A stretch of DNA of 64,000 nucleotides from Bacteroidales bacterium (GTDB taxonomy: Bacteria > Bacteroidota > Bacteroidia > Bacteroidales > VadinHA17). The notes under the pieces were generated by a model, which was not told the origin of the DNA, did no database searches, and saw only the letters and a list, made by a program, of their open reading frames with translations. The position numbers and the translations under genes are program-made. Shown in pieces: positions 48,625-57,155 of this stretch; the first letter of the stretch is position 1, and every line of letters begins with the position of its first letter. The DNA lies in assembly GCA_046706305.1 (NCBI GenBank), contig JBJKPQ010000071.1:2211-66210 (forward strand), read 5' to 3'.

Positions 48625-49314
48625 CTATGGATTATTCAGGGCAACCGGTATTATTTTCCCGTTAAAAAACTTATGGCCGTTCACTGCAAAATATTTAATA
48701 AATCCCGCCATCGATCCAGGATTAACAGGCGCCCTGTATCCGGGAAATGCTTCTTCCAGCATCTCCGTCTGTACCGCCCCAAGGGCCAGGCAATTAACTT
48801 TTATGTCTGAAGCAGAAAACTCACCGGCCAGACACTCGGTCAGATTTGCCAGGGCAGCTTTTGAAGCACTGTATAAAGACATTCCTTCATATTTTGATGC
48901 ACCCTGGAAACCTCCCATAGATGAAATATTTACAATGTGCGATCCCCTGTTCATGAAGGGCTTAATTGTTCTTATCATGGCTGCCGGGCCGAAAAAATTA
49001 GTTTCCATAATTAATCTCGATTCTTCTCCCGTAAACTCCTCAAATGGCTTTTTTATCAGCAGGCCAGCCATGTTGATGAGGATGTCTGCCTTTTCAATAC
49101 TATTACTGACTTTTTCAAGAAAAGCAGAAGAATTTTCTTCAAAATGAGACATGTCTGTTAAGACAGGAACGATGTTCTTATATTTCAGCGCTATCTCATC
49201 TAGCGCATTCCTGTTTCGTCCTGTAACTATTAAGAAGTTGCTGCTGTCCTCGGCAAATTGAGCCACTAACTCCCTGCCTATACCGCGTGTTCCTCCATTA
49301 ATAATAATCTTCAT
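48625..49314 (-). CDS. Short-chain dehydrogenase/reductase (SDR) family oxidoreductase
   Basis: 229 aa (GGTRGIGRE cofactor loop; catalytic YSASKAAL). Confidence 0.85.
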   Translation of the reverse strand: MKIIINGGTRGIGRELVAQFAEDSSNFLIVTGRNRNALDEIALKYKNIVPVLTDMSHFEENSSAFLEKVSNSIEKADILINMAGLLIKKPFEEFTGEESRLIMETNFFGPAAMIRTIKPFMNRGSHIVNISSMGGFQGASKYEGMSLYSASKAALANLTECLAGEFSASDIKVNCLALGAVQTEMLEEAFPGYRAPVNPGSMAGFIKYFAVNGHKFFNGKIIPVALNNP

Positions 49315-49540
49315 TGTGTCAGATTTTACCCGGTTATTATACTGCGAAGATATTTATAATTAAATCTTTCCTGAAAAATTGATGTTATAATATTTAAAGT
49401 AATATGCGTGTAATATGTTTAATACATTAAGATATACAGTTATATTTGTAAAAATTTAAATTTATTATCAAGTTTTTGAAAATATTATTTATTTACTTTT
49501 CTTTTTAGGTAAATAAAACTGAAAATTTAAAAAGACAGAT

Positions 49541-50338
49541 ATGGCAAAGAAAAAGGTTACAATTATAGGGTGCGGAAACATAGGTTTATCTTTGTTGCAG
49601 GGATTTATGAAAAATGGGGCTGTGAATCCTGCTGATATTACAGTTACGAGGAGAAACACTTCTGAAATTGATTTTTTAAGAGATGACGGTGTGAATGTAA
49701 CATCGGATAATGTAAGCGCAATCGGAAGTGAAGGCATAATTATTATTGCAGTTAAACCTTATAATTTCTTCTCAGTACTAGATGAGTTAAAAGATCATAT
49801 TGATCATAACAGGCATACCCTTGTATCGGTAACTGCAGGTGTTACAATAAAGCAGATTGAGGAAAGAATCAGTAAAGAAGTTAAGATATACAGGGCAATG
49901 CCTAATATTTCTGCAAGTGTCGGAAAATCAGTATCATGCCTGAGTCATAATGAAAAGGGAAGAGATGTTGCAGAGTTTATAAAGGGACTTTTTGATTTTA
50001 TTGGAGCAACTATGACAATTGAGGAAGATCTGATGGAATCGGCAACAATCCTGGGCGCCTGTGGTGTGGCTTTTGTTCTCAGGTTTATCAGGGCAATGAT
50101 CCAGGGAGGTATTCAGATCGGTTTCGATGCTGCCACAGCCAGTGTAATTGTTAATCATACAGTAAAAGGAGCAGCGGAATTACTTATTGAGAGGCATCAG
50201 CATCCGGAATACGAAATAGATAAGGTTACAACACCAAAAGGATGCACAATAGTCGGGTTGAATGAAATGGAACATAATGGTTTCAGTTCTTCACTAATTA
50301 AAGGAATAGTAGCCTCTTTCGAAAAAATAGAAAAATAA
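49541..50338 (+). CDS. proC: Pyrroline-5-carboxylate reductase
   Basis: 265 aa (IIGCGNIGLSL, AVKPY, RAMPN, and a C-terminal dimerisation domain with VTTPKGCT). Confidence 0.88.
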   Translation: MAKKKVTIIGCGNIGLSLLQGFMKNGAVNPADITVTRRNTSEIDFLRDDGVNVTSDNVSAIGSEGIIIIAVKPYNFFSVLDELKDHIDHNRHTLVSVTAGVTIKQIEERISKEVKIYRAMPNISASVGKSVSCLSHNEKGRDVAEFIKGLFDFIGATMTIEEDLMESATILGACGVAFVLRFIRAMIQGGIQIGFDAATASVIVNHTVKGAAELLIERHQHPEYEIDKVTTPKGCTIVGLNEMEHNGFSSSLIKGIVASFEKIEK

Positions 50339-50495
50339 AATTATATATTTTATTTTAATACAGAATATTAAGTAAAATTATATCAAGTCTTAGTTATGCT
50401 AATGTTAAAAGATATGGAATGGTATATTATTACATGATAATTTTCGTTTATTTGTACAGGAAAGTTATGAGTAAAGATATATATAACAGGTAAAA

Positions 50496-51095
50496 ATGAT
50501 CCGATTGAGTTTTAAAGGCTATTCAGTGAAGAAGCTTCCATATTTTTTCTTAATGATTTTATTTTCTGTATCAGCATTTACAGCCATGGGGCAGTCAGCC
50601 CGGCGTGATGATACCCCTCCCCTGAGAGAGAGACTGTTTTTCGGAGGGAATATGGGTCTGCAATTTGGAACAATTACTGATATCCAGCTGGCACCTGTAG
50701 CCGGAGTATGGCTCCGCCCCAGGGTGGCTGTGGCACTTGGACCTGATTATCATTTTTTTAAATACCAGGATGTTAAAACTGATATATATGGTGGAAAGGC
50801 ATATTTGGAACTTGTTGCAATTCAGAATGTTAATAAATTCATACCGCTTGGTGTCAATACAGGAATTTTTTTGCACCTGGAAGATGAACTGCTAAGTCTG
50901 GAATCTTCATTCTGGAAAGATCCTGCGACTTATAATTCAAACCGTTTTTATATAAACACAATCCTTGCAGGTCCCGGATTGAGTCAGCAGATTGGCAGAC
51001 GCGCATCTCTTAACCTGATGTTCCTGTGGGTATTAAATGATTCAGGATACGGTATTTACAGCAATCCTGATTTTCGAGTCAGCTTCACATTTTAG
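50496..51095 (+). CDS. Hypothetical secreted protein, probable small outer-membrane beta-barrel
   Basis: 199 aa with a signal peptide (..SAFTAMGQ), alternating hydrophobic pattern, and a C-terminal ...RVSFTF ending in Phe as in OMPs. Confidence 0.5.
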   Translation: MIRLSFKGYSVKKLPYFFLMILFSVSAFTAMGQSARRDDTPPLRERLFFGGNMGLQFGTITDIQLAPVAGVWLRPRVAVALGPDYHFFKYQDVKTDIYGGKAYLELVAIQNVNKFIPLGVNTGIFLHLEDELLSLESSFWKDPATYNSNRFYINTILAGPGLSQQIGRRASLNLMFLWVLNDSGYGIYSNPDFRVSFTF

Positions 51096-51148
51096 TATTG
51101 CTAAACTTATAATATCATATTCTGTTTTATCTGCAGGAAATTTTCATC

Positions 51149-51156
51149 TATCTTTG
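51149..51156 (+). promoter_or_regulatory. -7 promoter motif (TATCTTTG) about 230 nt upstream of slyD
   Basis: Exact TAnnTTTG match. If it is used, slyD has a long 5' leader. Confidence 0.25.
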
Positions 51157-51386
51157 CGGCTTTAATACTTTCGGCTTTTATAATTATATCTGTTCCGAAA
51201 TTGTTAAAAGACCGGAATTGATGATGTTGGTCAACAGGCTGATTTCAATTTGAGGATCTCTCTGATGAAAGATCGTAGCACGATGAAGTGTTTAATTATG
51301 ATCAGGGTATCCGGTATATAAAGACAGATTCGTGTTATTTTGAGCCACATTTTTCAGTCCGGAATATTAATAAATCTATTAAGCTG

Positions 51387-51947
51387 ATGAAAGTTGAAAA
51401 GAACAAAATGGTTTCCCTTGTTTATGAACTCAGGGAAAGTGATTCAAACGGTAAGGTAATTGAGGTTCTTGAAGAATCACGTCCGTTATCTTTTGTATTC
51501 GGAACTGGTCGTCTTTTGCCATATTTTGAATCCAATATAAACGAATTACAAACTGGTGATGATTTCAATTTTATTCTGACCTCAGGTAATGCATATGGGG
51601 AAAGATGGGAAGAATTAATCGTTGATGTTCCAATCTCTGTTTTTGAATCCGATGGGAAATTGAATGAGGAGATATGCCGTGTCGGAAACCAGGTTCCTAT
51701 GATGGATAGTAATGGCAATCCTCTCAACGGGGTGATTAATGAAATCAGTGATACTGCGGTTAAAATGGATTTTAATCATCCTATGGCTGGTGTCGATCTG
51801 TATTTCACGGGAAAAATTGTTGAAGTCAGGGAAGCTACTTCGGAGGAAATTGCAGGTACTACCCATTCATGTTCTTCTTGCGGAAGCTCATGTGATGACA
51901 CCTGCTGCTCAGATGATGAATCGGGATGTTCCGGATCGTGCTGTTAA
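51387..51947 (+). CDS. slyD: FKBP-type peptidyl-prolyl cis-trans isomerase SlyD with a Cys-rich C-terminal tail
   Basis: MKVEKNKMVSLVYELRE..., FVFGTGRLLPYFE, NHPMAGVDLYFTGKIVEVREAT, and the tail THSCSSCGSSCDDTCCSDDESGCSGSCC. The ORF-track start at 51288 is an upstream extension; ATG 51387 gives the canonical SlyD N-terminus. Confidence 0.85.
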   Translation: MKVEKNKMVSLVYELRESDSNGKVIEVLEESRPLSFVFGTGRLLPYFESNINELQTGDDFNFILTSGNAYGERWEELIVDVPISVFESDGKLNEEICRVGNQVPMMDSNGNPLNGVINEISDTAVKMDFNHPMAGVDLYFTGKIVEVREATSEEIAGTTHSCSSCGSSCDDTCCSDDESGCSGSCC

Positions 51948-51983
51948 TCCTGCATAATTCTTTTTTTATAAACAGGACGGCAT

Positions 51984-51995
51984 TCCAGGATCGGT
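51984..51995 (+). repeat. 12-nt direct repeat TCCAGGATCGGT, copy A (abuts the stop codon of the DAACS transporter gene)
   Basis: Identical 12-mer at 53306-53317. Both copies are preceded by TTTTTTTAT(A/T)AAC. Confidence 0.4.
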
Positions 51996-53230
51996 CAGAC
52001 CTGCAAATCTTCTCCTTCTGATTTTGCAATTATTACTGCACAGCATGTATCGCCGAAGACATTTACCGTAGTACGGAACATGTCAAGTATACGGTCAACT
52101 GCAAGTATGAGACCAATTCCTTCAAGAGGCAGTCCAACAGCTTTCAGAACCACTGCCATCATTACTAATCCCGCCATCGGAATACCGGCGGATCCGATCG
52201 CTGCCAGCAGTGCAGTAAATACCACAATGAGTTGTTGTGCAAAACTCAGGTCAACACCATATGCCTGAGCTATAAACACCACAGCAACACATTCATATAA
52301 TGCTGTGCCATTCATGTTAATTGTGGCACCCAGTGGGATAGTAAAACTGGCTATTTTATTAGATACACCGTCCTTATCTTCGACAGCCTCCATAGTAAGC
52401 GGAAGAGTGGCATTTGACGATGAAGTGGAGAAAGCGGTAAGCAACGGTGTTGCCATATTTTTCATATGCCTGAAAGGCCTGGCTTTACCCAGGATTCTGA
52501 CAAGCAGGGGTAAGGTTACAAATGCATGTATTAGTAAACTGGATATAACAGCAACTACATACAACCCCAGTCTGCTTATTACTTCACTGATCTCGTTGCC
52601 TATATTCACCTGCTGAGCTATCACCTTCGCTGTGATACTGAAAATACCAATTGCAGTGAACTTAATAATAAACAGTGTAATTTTCATAATTACATCAAGA
52701 CCTGCATTTAATACATCCATCATCAGTACCTGCGGTTTGTCATTTAGTTTCGTAAGGAAGAAACCAAAAAGTATGGCAAAAAATATTATCGACAACATCT
52801 GACCCTGGGCCATAGCATCAAAAATATTTGTCGGAACGATTTTAATTAGGGTCTGCCCAAAACTGTCGGAAAGTGCTGAAAGATTTTCAACAGGCATTTT
52901 GAATCCCAGGTCAGCACCTATACCAGGTTTTATAACAGTTACAAAGAAGAACCCGGTGATTATGGCAAGAAATGTAGATAAAACATAAAACCCCATCGTC
53001 TTAAGACCAAGTCTGCCAAGATTACCTCCTGATCCCACACTGGCTACTCCGGTGGAGATTGACAATAATATCAGAGGCACGATTATCATATTAAGGGCCC
53101 GCAGGAAAATATCTCCGGCCCAGTTTGTATAGATAACTTTATCATGAAAGAAATAACCGAAAAAACCTCCGGCTACCAATGCCAGCAGAATCTGAAAATG
53201 GAGTGGGAGTGAAAATCGCTTTTTTGCCAT
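51995..53230 (-). CDS. Dicarboxylate/amino acid:cation symporter (DAACS family)
   Basis: 411 aa from ATG 53230 (MAKKRFSLPLHFQILLAL...) with family motifs SSSNATLP and ATINMNGTALYE. The ORF-track start at 53365 is a TTG extension. Confidence 0.88.
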   Translation of the reverse strand: MAKKRFSLPLHFQILLALVAGGFFGYFFHDKVIYTNWAGDIFLRALNMIIVPLILLSISTGVASVGSGGNLGRLGLKTMGFYVLSTFLAIITGFFFVTVIKPGIGADLGFKMPVENLSALSDSFGQTLIKIVPTNIFDAMAQGQMLSIIFFAILFGFFLTKLNDKPQVLMMDVLNAGLDVIMKITLFIIKFTAIGIFSITAKVIAQQVNIGNEISEVISRLGLYVVAVISSLLIHAFVTLPLLVRILGKARPFRHMKNMATPLLTAFSTSSSNATLPLTMEAVEDKDGVSNKIASFTIPLGATINMNGTALYECVAVVFIAQAYGVDLSFAQQLIVVFTALLAAIGSAGIPMAGLVMMAVVLKAVGLPLEGIGLILAVDRILDMFRTTVNVFGDTCCAVIIAKSEGEDLQV

Positions 53231-53305
53231 AAACCCAGTTTTTGTTTTAAAGAAATACAATCTCGGCGATAAAACAGTGGAAAAAACAATTTTTTTATTA
53301 ACCTC

Positions 53306-53317
53306 TCCAGGATCGGT
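53306..53317 (+). repeat. 12-nt direct repeat TCCAGGATCGGT, copy B (76 nt upstream of the transporter ATG)
   Basis: See copy A at 51984-51995. Confidence 0.4.
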
Positions 53318-53411
53318 TATTTGAAAGCAAACTGTATACAGGTGCAGAATTTTGATCTCAGACAACTCATTGGTAAATCAACTATACCAATACCTTGCCT
53401 TAACAAGGCAT

Positions 53412-53848
53412 AATTACAAATGTATACCAAAACGAAGAATTACAAATGTAATTAATGACAAAACACATAAATAATTACGATTGTATACCTTTTCCGGAAT
53501 AATTATGGATTACATGTGTGAATTTTATTAATTTTTTATTAAATATTTTATATATATCATATAACCAATACTATATAAGTATTATATGAAGTGTTTATTA
53601 AGAAAAAATTGCGATTATTATAGCTTCATACAGTAATTTGTTTAGAAAAACTTTATAATACACATTATACCAGATATATACATATCTAATATAGTCTTTT
53701 ACTTCAAATAATAAAATTTTTAAGATATTGATATACAAAAGTATACAGCTAATAGTTATAAAATTGTCAGGAATATATTCAGATAAGTTACAAATGTAAA
53801 TAGTTAATAATTACTAATGTGAACTAAATTATGTTTACATTTGTAATT
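53412..53848. promoter_or_regulatory. Array of AATTACAAATGTA palindrome-containing 13-mers (3 exact, 3 near copies) in the AT-rich spacer upstream of the HTH gene
   Basis: Exact copies at 53412-53424 (+), 53438-53450 (+, extending to the 7-N2-7 inverted repeat AATTACA-AA-TGTAATT) and 53836-53848 (reverse orientation, 15 nt before the HTH ATG). Near copies at 53473-53485, 53786-53798 and 53809-53821. Confidence 0.5.
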
Positions 53849-53862
53849 ATATAGTTTGCTTT

Positions 53863-54309
53863 ATGAACGAACGAATCAGGCAGTTTTTACTAGCTGAAAA
53901 TAAATCATCAGCTCAATTTGCTGACGAAATTGGGGTACAGCCTTCGGGAATATCACATATACTTTCTGGAAGGAACAAGCCCAGCCTTGATTTTATAATA
54001 AAAATGCTGGAAAAATACAAGAGCCTGTCGGTTGAGTGGTTATTATTCGGACGAGGTCAAATGTACAGTGAAGGAGGTACTTTGAATCTTTTCGATACTA
54101 CTCTCGGTAAAGAGAATAAGTCAGTCGAAGAAGTATTGCCTGATGAGAATAGCGGCAAGGAATCCATTGCCTTAAACAGTTTTTCTGATGAAAAAGGGCA
54201 TAATATGAAGGGAGGCCCGCTACATAGCACTAAAACCAGGGTAAAAAAAATAGTCTGGTTTTATAATGATAACACTTTTGAGGAGTATTATCCCGGATCG
54301 GAAGACTAA
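53863..54309 (+). CDS. XRE-family helix-turn-helix transcriptional regulator
   Basis: 148 aa. The N-terminal 65 aa are a classic HTH_3-like domain (SSAQFADEIGVQPSGISHILSGRNKPSLDFIIKML). The C-terminal half is low-complexity. Confidence 0.75.
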   Translation: MNERIRQFLLAENKSSAQFADEIGVQPSGISHILSGRNKPSLDFIIKMLEKYKSLSVEWLLFGRGQMYSEGGTLNLFDTTLGKENKSVEEVLPDENSGKESIALNSFSDEKGHNMKGGPLHSTKTRVKKIVWFYNDNTFEEYYPGSED

Positions 54310-54377
54310 ATATAAAACTTGACAATTATTTCCACTATTCACTCATTAAAAGTATCTTTGCTTCAAATTAGCGACAG

Positions 54378-55145
54378 ATGGCCAAACGTATCGAAGATCT
54401 CATAGTAATTGGAAATAAGCAACTTACTGATGATATTTTCGTTATTGAACTGGTGTCCGGTGAGAAACTTCCTGAATTATTGCCCGGGCAGTTTGTGCAG
54501 GTAAAAGTCGAAAACAGTCAATCGACATTTCTAAGGAGACCAGTTTCCATTCATACAGTTGATTATGCGAAAAACTCCATAAGCCTGCTTGTTCAAATTG
54601 TAGGACCTGGTACTGCTACTTTGTCAAAGCTTGTAGCAGGTTCCGCATTGAATATAATTTATCCTCTTGGAAATCATTTTAGTATGCCTTCTGAAGGGGA
54701 AAAGATTCTTCTTGCAGGTGGTGGGTGTGGTGTTGCTCCGCTTCTTTTCCTTGGACAATACTTGCTATTAAACGGATTTAAACCCGAAATACTACTTGGA
54801 TTCAGGAACAAGAAGCGTGTTATTGAATTTGAAAAATATGCGGATATGGGGCCTGTTTATCTTACAACAGAGGATGGGTCGATGGGAGAAAAAGGTTATA
54901 TTACCGGTCATCCTGTGCTTTCCGAAAAAAGATATGACAGGATTTATTGTTGTGGACCCGAGCCCATGATGAAAGCTGTTGCTTCATACAGCCTTGAACA
55001 GGGCACTGAATGTGAGGTATCGTTGGAAAACCTTATGGCATGCGGTATCGGTGTTTGCCTTTGTTGTGTTACAGATACGGTGAGGGGACATGTTTGTACA
55101 TGTACTGATGGTCCTGTTTTTAATGTAAAAGATTTAAAATGGTGA
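54378..55145 (+). CDS. pyrK: Dihydroorotate dehydrogenase (type 1B) electron-transfer subunit
   Basis: 255 aa with an FAD-binding barrel (RRPVSI), NAD-binding GGGCGVAPL, and C-terminal [2Fe-2S] cysteines (CGIGVCLCC...C). Confidence 0.9.
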   Translation: MAKRIEDLIVIGNKQLTDDIFVIELVSGEKLPELLPGQFVQVKVENSQSTFLRRPVSIHTVDYAKNSISLLVQIVGPGTATLSKLVAGSALNIIYPLGNHFSMPSEGEKILLAGGGCGVAPLLFLGQYLLLNGFKPEILLGFRNKKRVIEFEKYADMGPVYLTTEDGSMGEKGYITGHPVLSEKRYDRIYCCGPEPMMKAVASYSLEQGTECEVSLENLMACGIGVCLCCVTDTVRGHVCTCTDGPVFNVKDLKW

Positions 55146-56059
55146 ACCTGGAAGTTTCAATAGGAGGTCTTAAATTCAAAAATCCGGTACTTACTGCTTC
55201 AGGTACTTTTGGGTACGGAACTGAATTTGAGGATTTTATCGACATTTCGCGACTGGGTGGGATTATAGTAAAAGGAACTACCCTGGAACCAAGAGAGGGA
55301 AACCCGTATCCACGCATGGCGGAGACACCATCAGGTATGCTTAATGCTGTCGGACTGCAGAATAAGGGAATAGATTACTTTGAGAAATCAATATATCCGC
55401 GGATTAAAGAATACGACACAAATGTAATTGTTAACGTTAACGGCAGCTTTCTTGAGGATTATGTGAGCCTAGCAGATAGAATCGGCCGTCTCGACCATAT
55501 CCCTGCAATTGAGCTTAATATTTCGTGCCCTAATGTTAAAATGGGAGGAATGGCATTCGGTACAAATGAAGTATCTGCCAGAGAGGTAATAAGAGAAGTA
55601 AGAGCTGTTTATAAAAGAAAACTTATTGTCAAATTGTCGCCCAATGTGACCGACATAGTTGCATTTGCACGGATATCAGAAGAGGAGGGAGCGGATTCTG
55701 TATCACTTATTAATACTCTTCTGGGGATGTCTGTTGATGTCGAAAAAATGAAACCATCACTTTCAACTATAACAGGCGGATTATCGGGTCCGGCCGTAAA
55801 ACCTGTTGCATTAAGGATGGTTTGGCAGGTCGCCAGGGCGATTAAAATTCCGGTTATTGGTATCGGTGGAATTATGACAGCAGCCGATGCACTGGAATTT
55901 ATTCTGGCAGGGGCCAGCGCTGTCCAGATCGGAACAGCTTCCTTCATAGATCCGCTTGCTTCAGTTAAAATAATTGACGGAATCGGGCAGTTTATGGAGA
56001 AGAAGGGATTTGCCGATCTGATGGAGATCAGAGGTTATATCAACAATGTTAGTAATTGA
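55139..56059 (+). CDS. pyrD: Dihydroorotate dehydrogenase (type 1B) catalytic subunit
   Basis: 306 aa ([56 protein letters not shown]). It overlaps the pyrK stop (ATGGTGA). Confidence 0.92.
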   Translation: MVNLEVSIGGLKFKNPVLTASGTFGYGTEFEDFIDISRLGGIIVKGTTLEPREGNPYPRMAETPSGMLNAVGLQNKGIDYFEKSIYPRIKEYDTNVIVNVNGSFLEDYVSLADRIGRLDHIPAIELNISCPNVKMGGMAFGTNEVSAREVIREVRAVYKRKLIVKLSPNVTDIVAFARISEEEGADSVSLINTLLGMSVDVEKMKPSLSTITGGLSGPAVKPVALRMVWQVARAIKIPVIGIGGIMTAADALEFILAGASAVQIGTASFIDPLASVKIIDGIGQFMEKKGFADLMEIRGYINNVSN

Positions 56060-56198
56060 ATATTAACATATCTGTGATTTTCCTGAGAAAAATATATTTA
56101 AAACAAGTTTGGTTCTAATTATATTCTCCCTTTTTTACTTTAAATTTGCAATTGTTTTTATATTTATCGTTTTAAATTTTAAAAATCATATTGCAAAA

Positions 56199-56669
56199 AT
56201 GTCAGAAAGTTTACAGATTGATATTCTTGATAAGAAGATACTTGATATCATTACTAAAAATGCAAGAATCCCATATCTTGAAGTAGCCAGGGAATGTGGT
56301 GTTTCGGGAGCCGCTATTCATCAACGTGTCCAGCGTTTAATACGAATCGGAGTCATAAGGGGATCGGAATTTAAGGTTGATCCTGTTATGGTTGGATTTA
56401 AGACCTGTGCATATATTGGGATATTCCTGGATCATCCGGGTCATTTCAGGGATGTAATTGACAAATTCAGGGATATACCGGAAATTATAGAATGTCATTA
56501 TACTACCGGAAACTATTCTCTGTTTATTAAGGTTTATACCCGCGATAATGAACACTTGAGAATGATTCTCACCGACACTATTCAAAATATAGAGGGAATA
56601 ACCCGTACAGAAACGTTGATCTCTCTGGAAGAATCGATTAACAGACAAATACCAGTTTTATCCCGCTAG
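56199..56669 (+). CDS. Lrp/AsnC-family transcriptional regulator
   Basis: 156 aa from ATG 56199 (LDKKILDIITKNARIPYLEVARECGVSGAAIHQRVQRL HTH plus a RAM/AsnC_trans_reg domain). The ORF-track start at 56109 is a hydrophobic upstream extension. Confidence 0.85.
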   Translation: MSESLQIDILDKKILDIITKNARIPYLEVARECGVSGAAIHQRVQRLIRIGVIRGSEFKVDPVMVGFKTCAYIGIFLDHPGHFRDVIDKFRDIPEIIECHYTTGNYSLFIKVYTRDNEHLRMILTDTIQNIEGITRTETLISLEESINRQIPVLSR

Positions 56670-56773
56670 ATCACAGCTTATCGCGATTCTACGGGCACAA
56701 CCACCTCCCGGGGAAAAAAATAAAACCGGTAGAAAAAAGTGGTAATTTTTTTTGTATTAATTTTATTTTATAA

Positions 56774-56781
56774 TACATTTG
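56774..56781 (+). promoter_or_regulatory. -7 promoter motif (TACATTTG) upstream of tRNA-Lys
   Basis: Exact TAnnTTTG match 20 nt upstream of the tRNA 5' end. Confidence 0.4.
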
Positions 56782-56801
56782 CACTCTCAAAAACAAAGGA
56801 G

Positions 56802-56874
56802 GATTCAGTAGCTCAGCTGGTAGAGCACATCCCTTTTAAGGATGGGGTCCTGGGTTCGAACCCCAGCTGGATCA
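56802..56874 (+). tRNA. tRNA-Lys (anticodon UUU)
   Basis: Manual cloverleaf. Acceptor GATTCAG/CTGGATC (one G-U pair). D arm GCTC-AGCTGGTA-GAGC. Anticodon arm CATCC-CTTTTAA-GGATG (anticodon TTT). Variable loop GGGTC. T arm CTGGG-TTCGAAC-CCCAG. Discriminator A. CCA is not encoded. Confidence 0.9.
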
Positions 56875-56876
56875 CA

Positions 56877-56901
56877 GAGCAGCCAAAAGGCTGCTTTTTT
56901 T
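56877..56901 (+). terminator. Rho-independent terminator of tRNA-Lys
   Basis: GCAGCC-AAAA-GGCTGC followed by T7. Confidence 0.8.
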
Positions 56902-56986
56902 GTATGTTTTTGTTCGAACCCGCCAGCGCGGCAGTCTGTCTCCTTCGCTAAAATTGCCCACCGGGCAATTTATAAACGCTCGGTCC

Positions 56987-57034
56987 GGTTCGAACCCTAG
57001 CTGGATCACAGAGCAGCCAAAAGGCTGCTTTTTT
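56987..57034 (+). repeat. Duplicate of the tRNA-Lys 3' half (T-loop, T-stem 3' strand, acceptor 3' strand) plus its terminator, copy 2
   Basis: GGTTCGAACCCTAGCTGGATCACAGAGCAGCCAAAAGGCTGCTTTTTT differs from 56853-56900 at one position. No matching 5' half lies upstream, so it is not a functional tRNA. Confidence 0.85.
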
Positions 57035-57043
57035 GTTTGGTAT

Positions 57044-57093
57044 GGATCGAACCCCAGATGGATCACAAAGCAGCCTCGTTGGCTGCTTTTTTT
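57044..57093 (+). repeat. Diverged duplicate of the tRNA-Lys 3' half plus terminator, copy 3
   Basis: GGATCGAACCCCAGATGGATCACAAAGCAGCC-TCGTT-GGCTGCTTTTTTT. The terminator stem is conserved while the loop is replaced. Confidence 0.8.
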
Positions 57094-57155
57094 GTTTATG
57101 ATAGGTATTTATGTAATAATTTTTACTTATTTTAAATACCTAAAATTCCTTCCAT

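Noticed and set aside
48599-49147. 182-aa plus-strand ORF downstream of buk
   Set aside because: It is fully antisense to the SDR gene (48625..49314), which has clear cofactor and catalytic motifs. The plus-strand product has no motif.
51255-51290. Hammerhead-ribozyme-like core (CTGATGA ... GAA) in the slyD upstream region
   Set aside because: Three extra bases separate CUGAUGA from the only possible helix II (ATCG/CGAT). I could not build helices I and III or find a cleavage-site triplet in register. The local GATCT/AGATC hairpin is a simpler explanation.
53231-53862. Chromosomal replication origin (long AT-rich spacer with repeated boxes)
   Set aside because: I found no cluster of DnaA boxes (TTATCCACA or its complement), only one 7/9 match near 53513. 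No dnaA, dnaN or other origin-linked genes are adjacent. The repeated box is a different palindromic sequence.
56902-56986. A second, degenerate tRNA gene between repeat copies 1 and 2
   Set aside because: The segment lacks a D arm and an anticodon arm. The T-stem 5' strand does not pair with the CCTAG 3' strand. The only stable structure is a 7-bp hairpin with a 3-nt loop, which is not tRNA-like.
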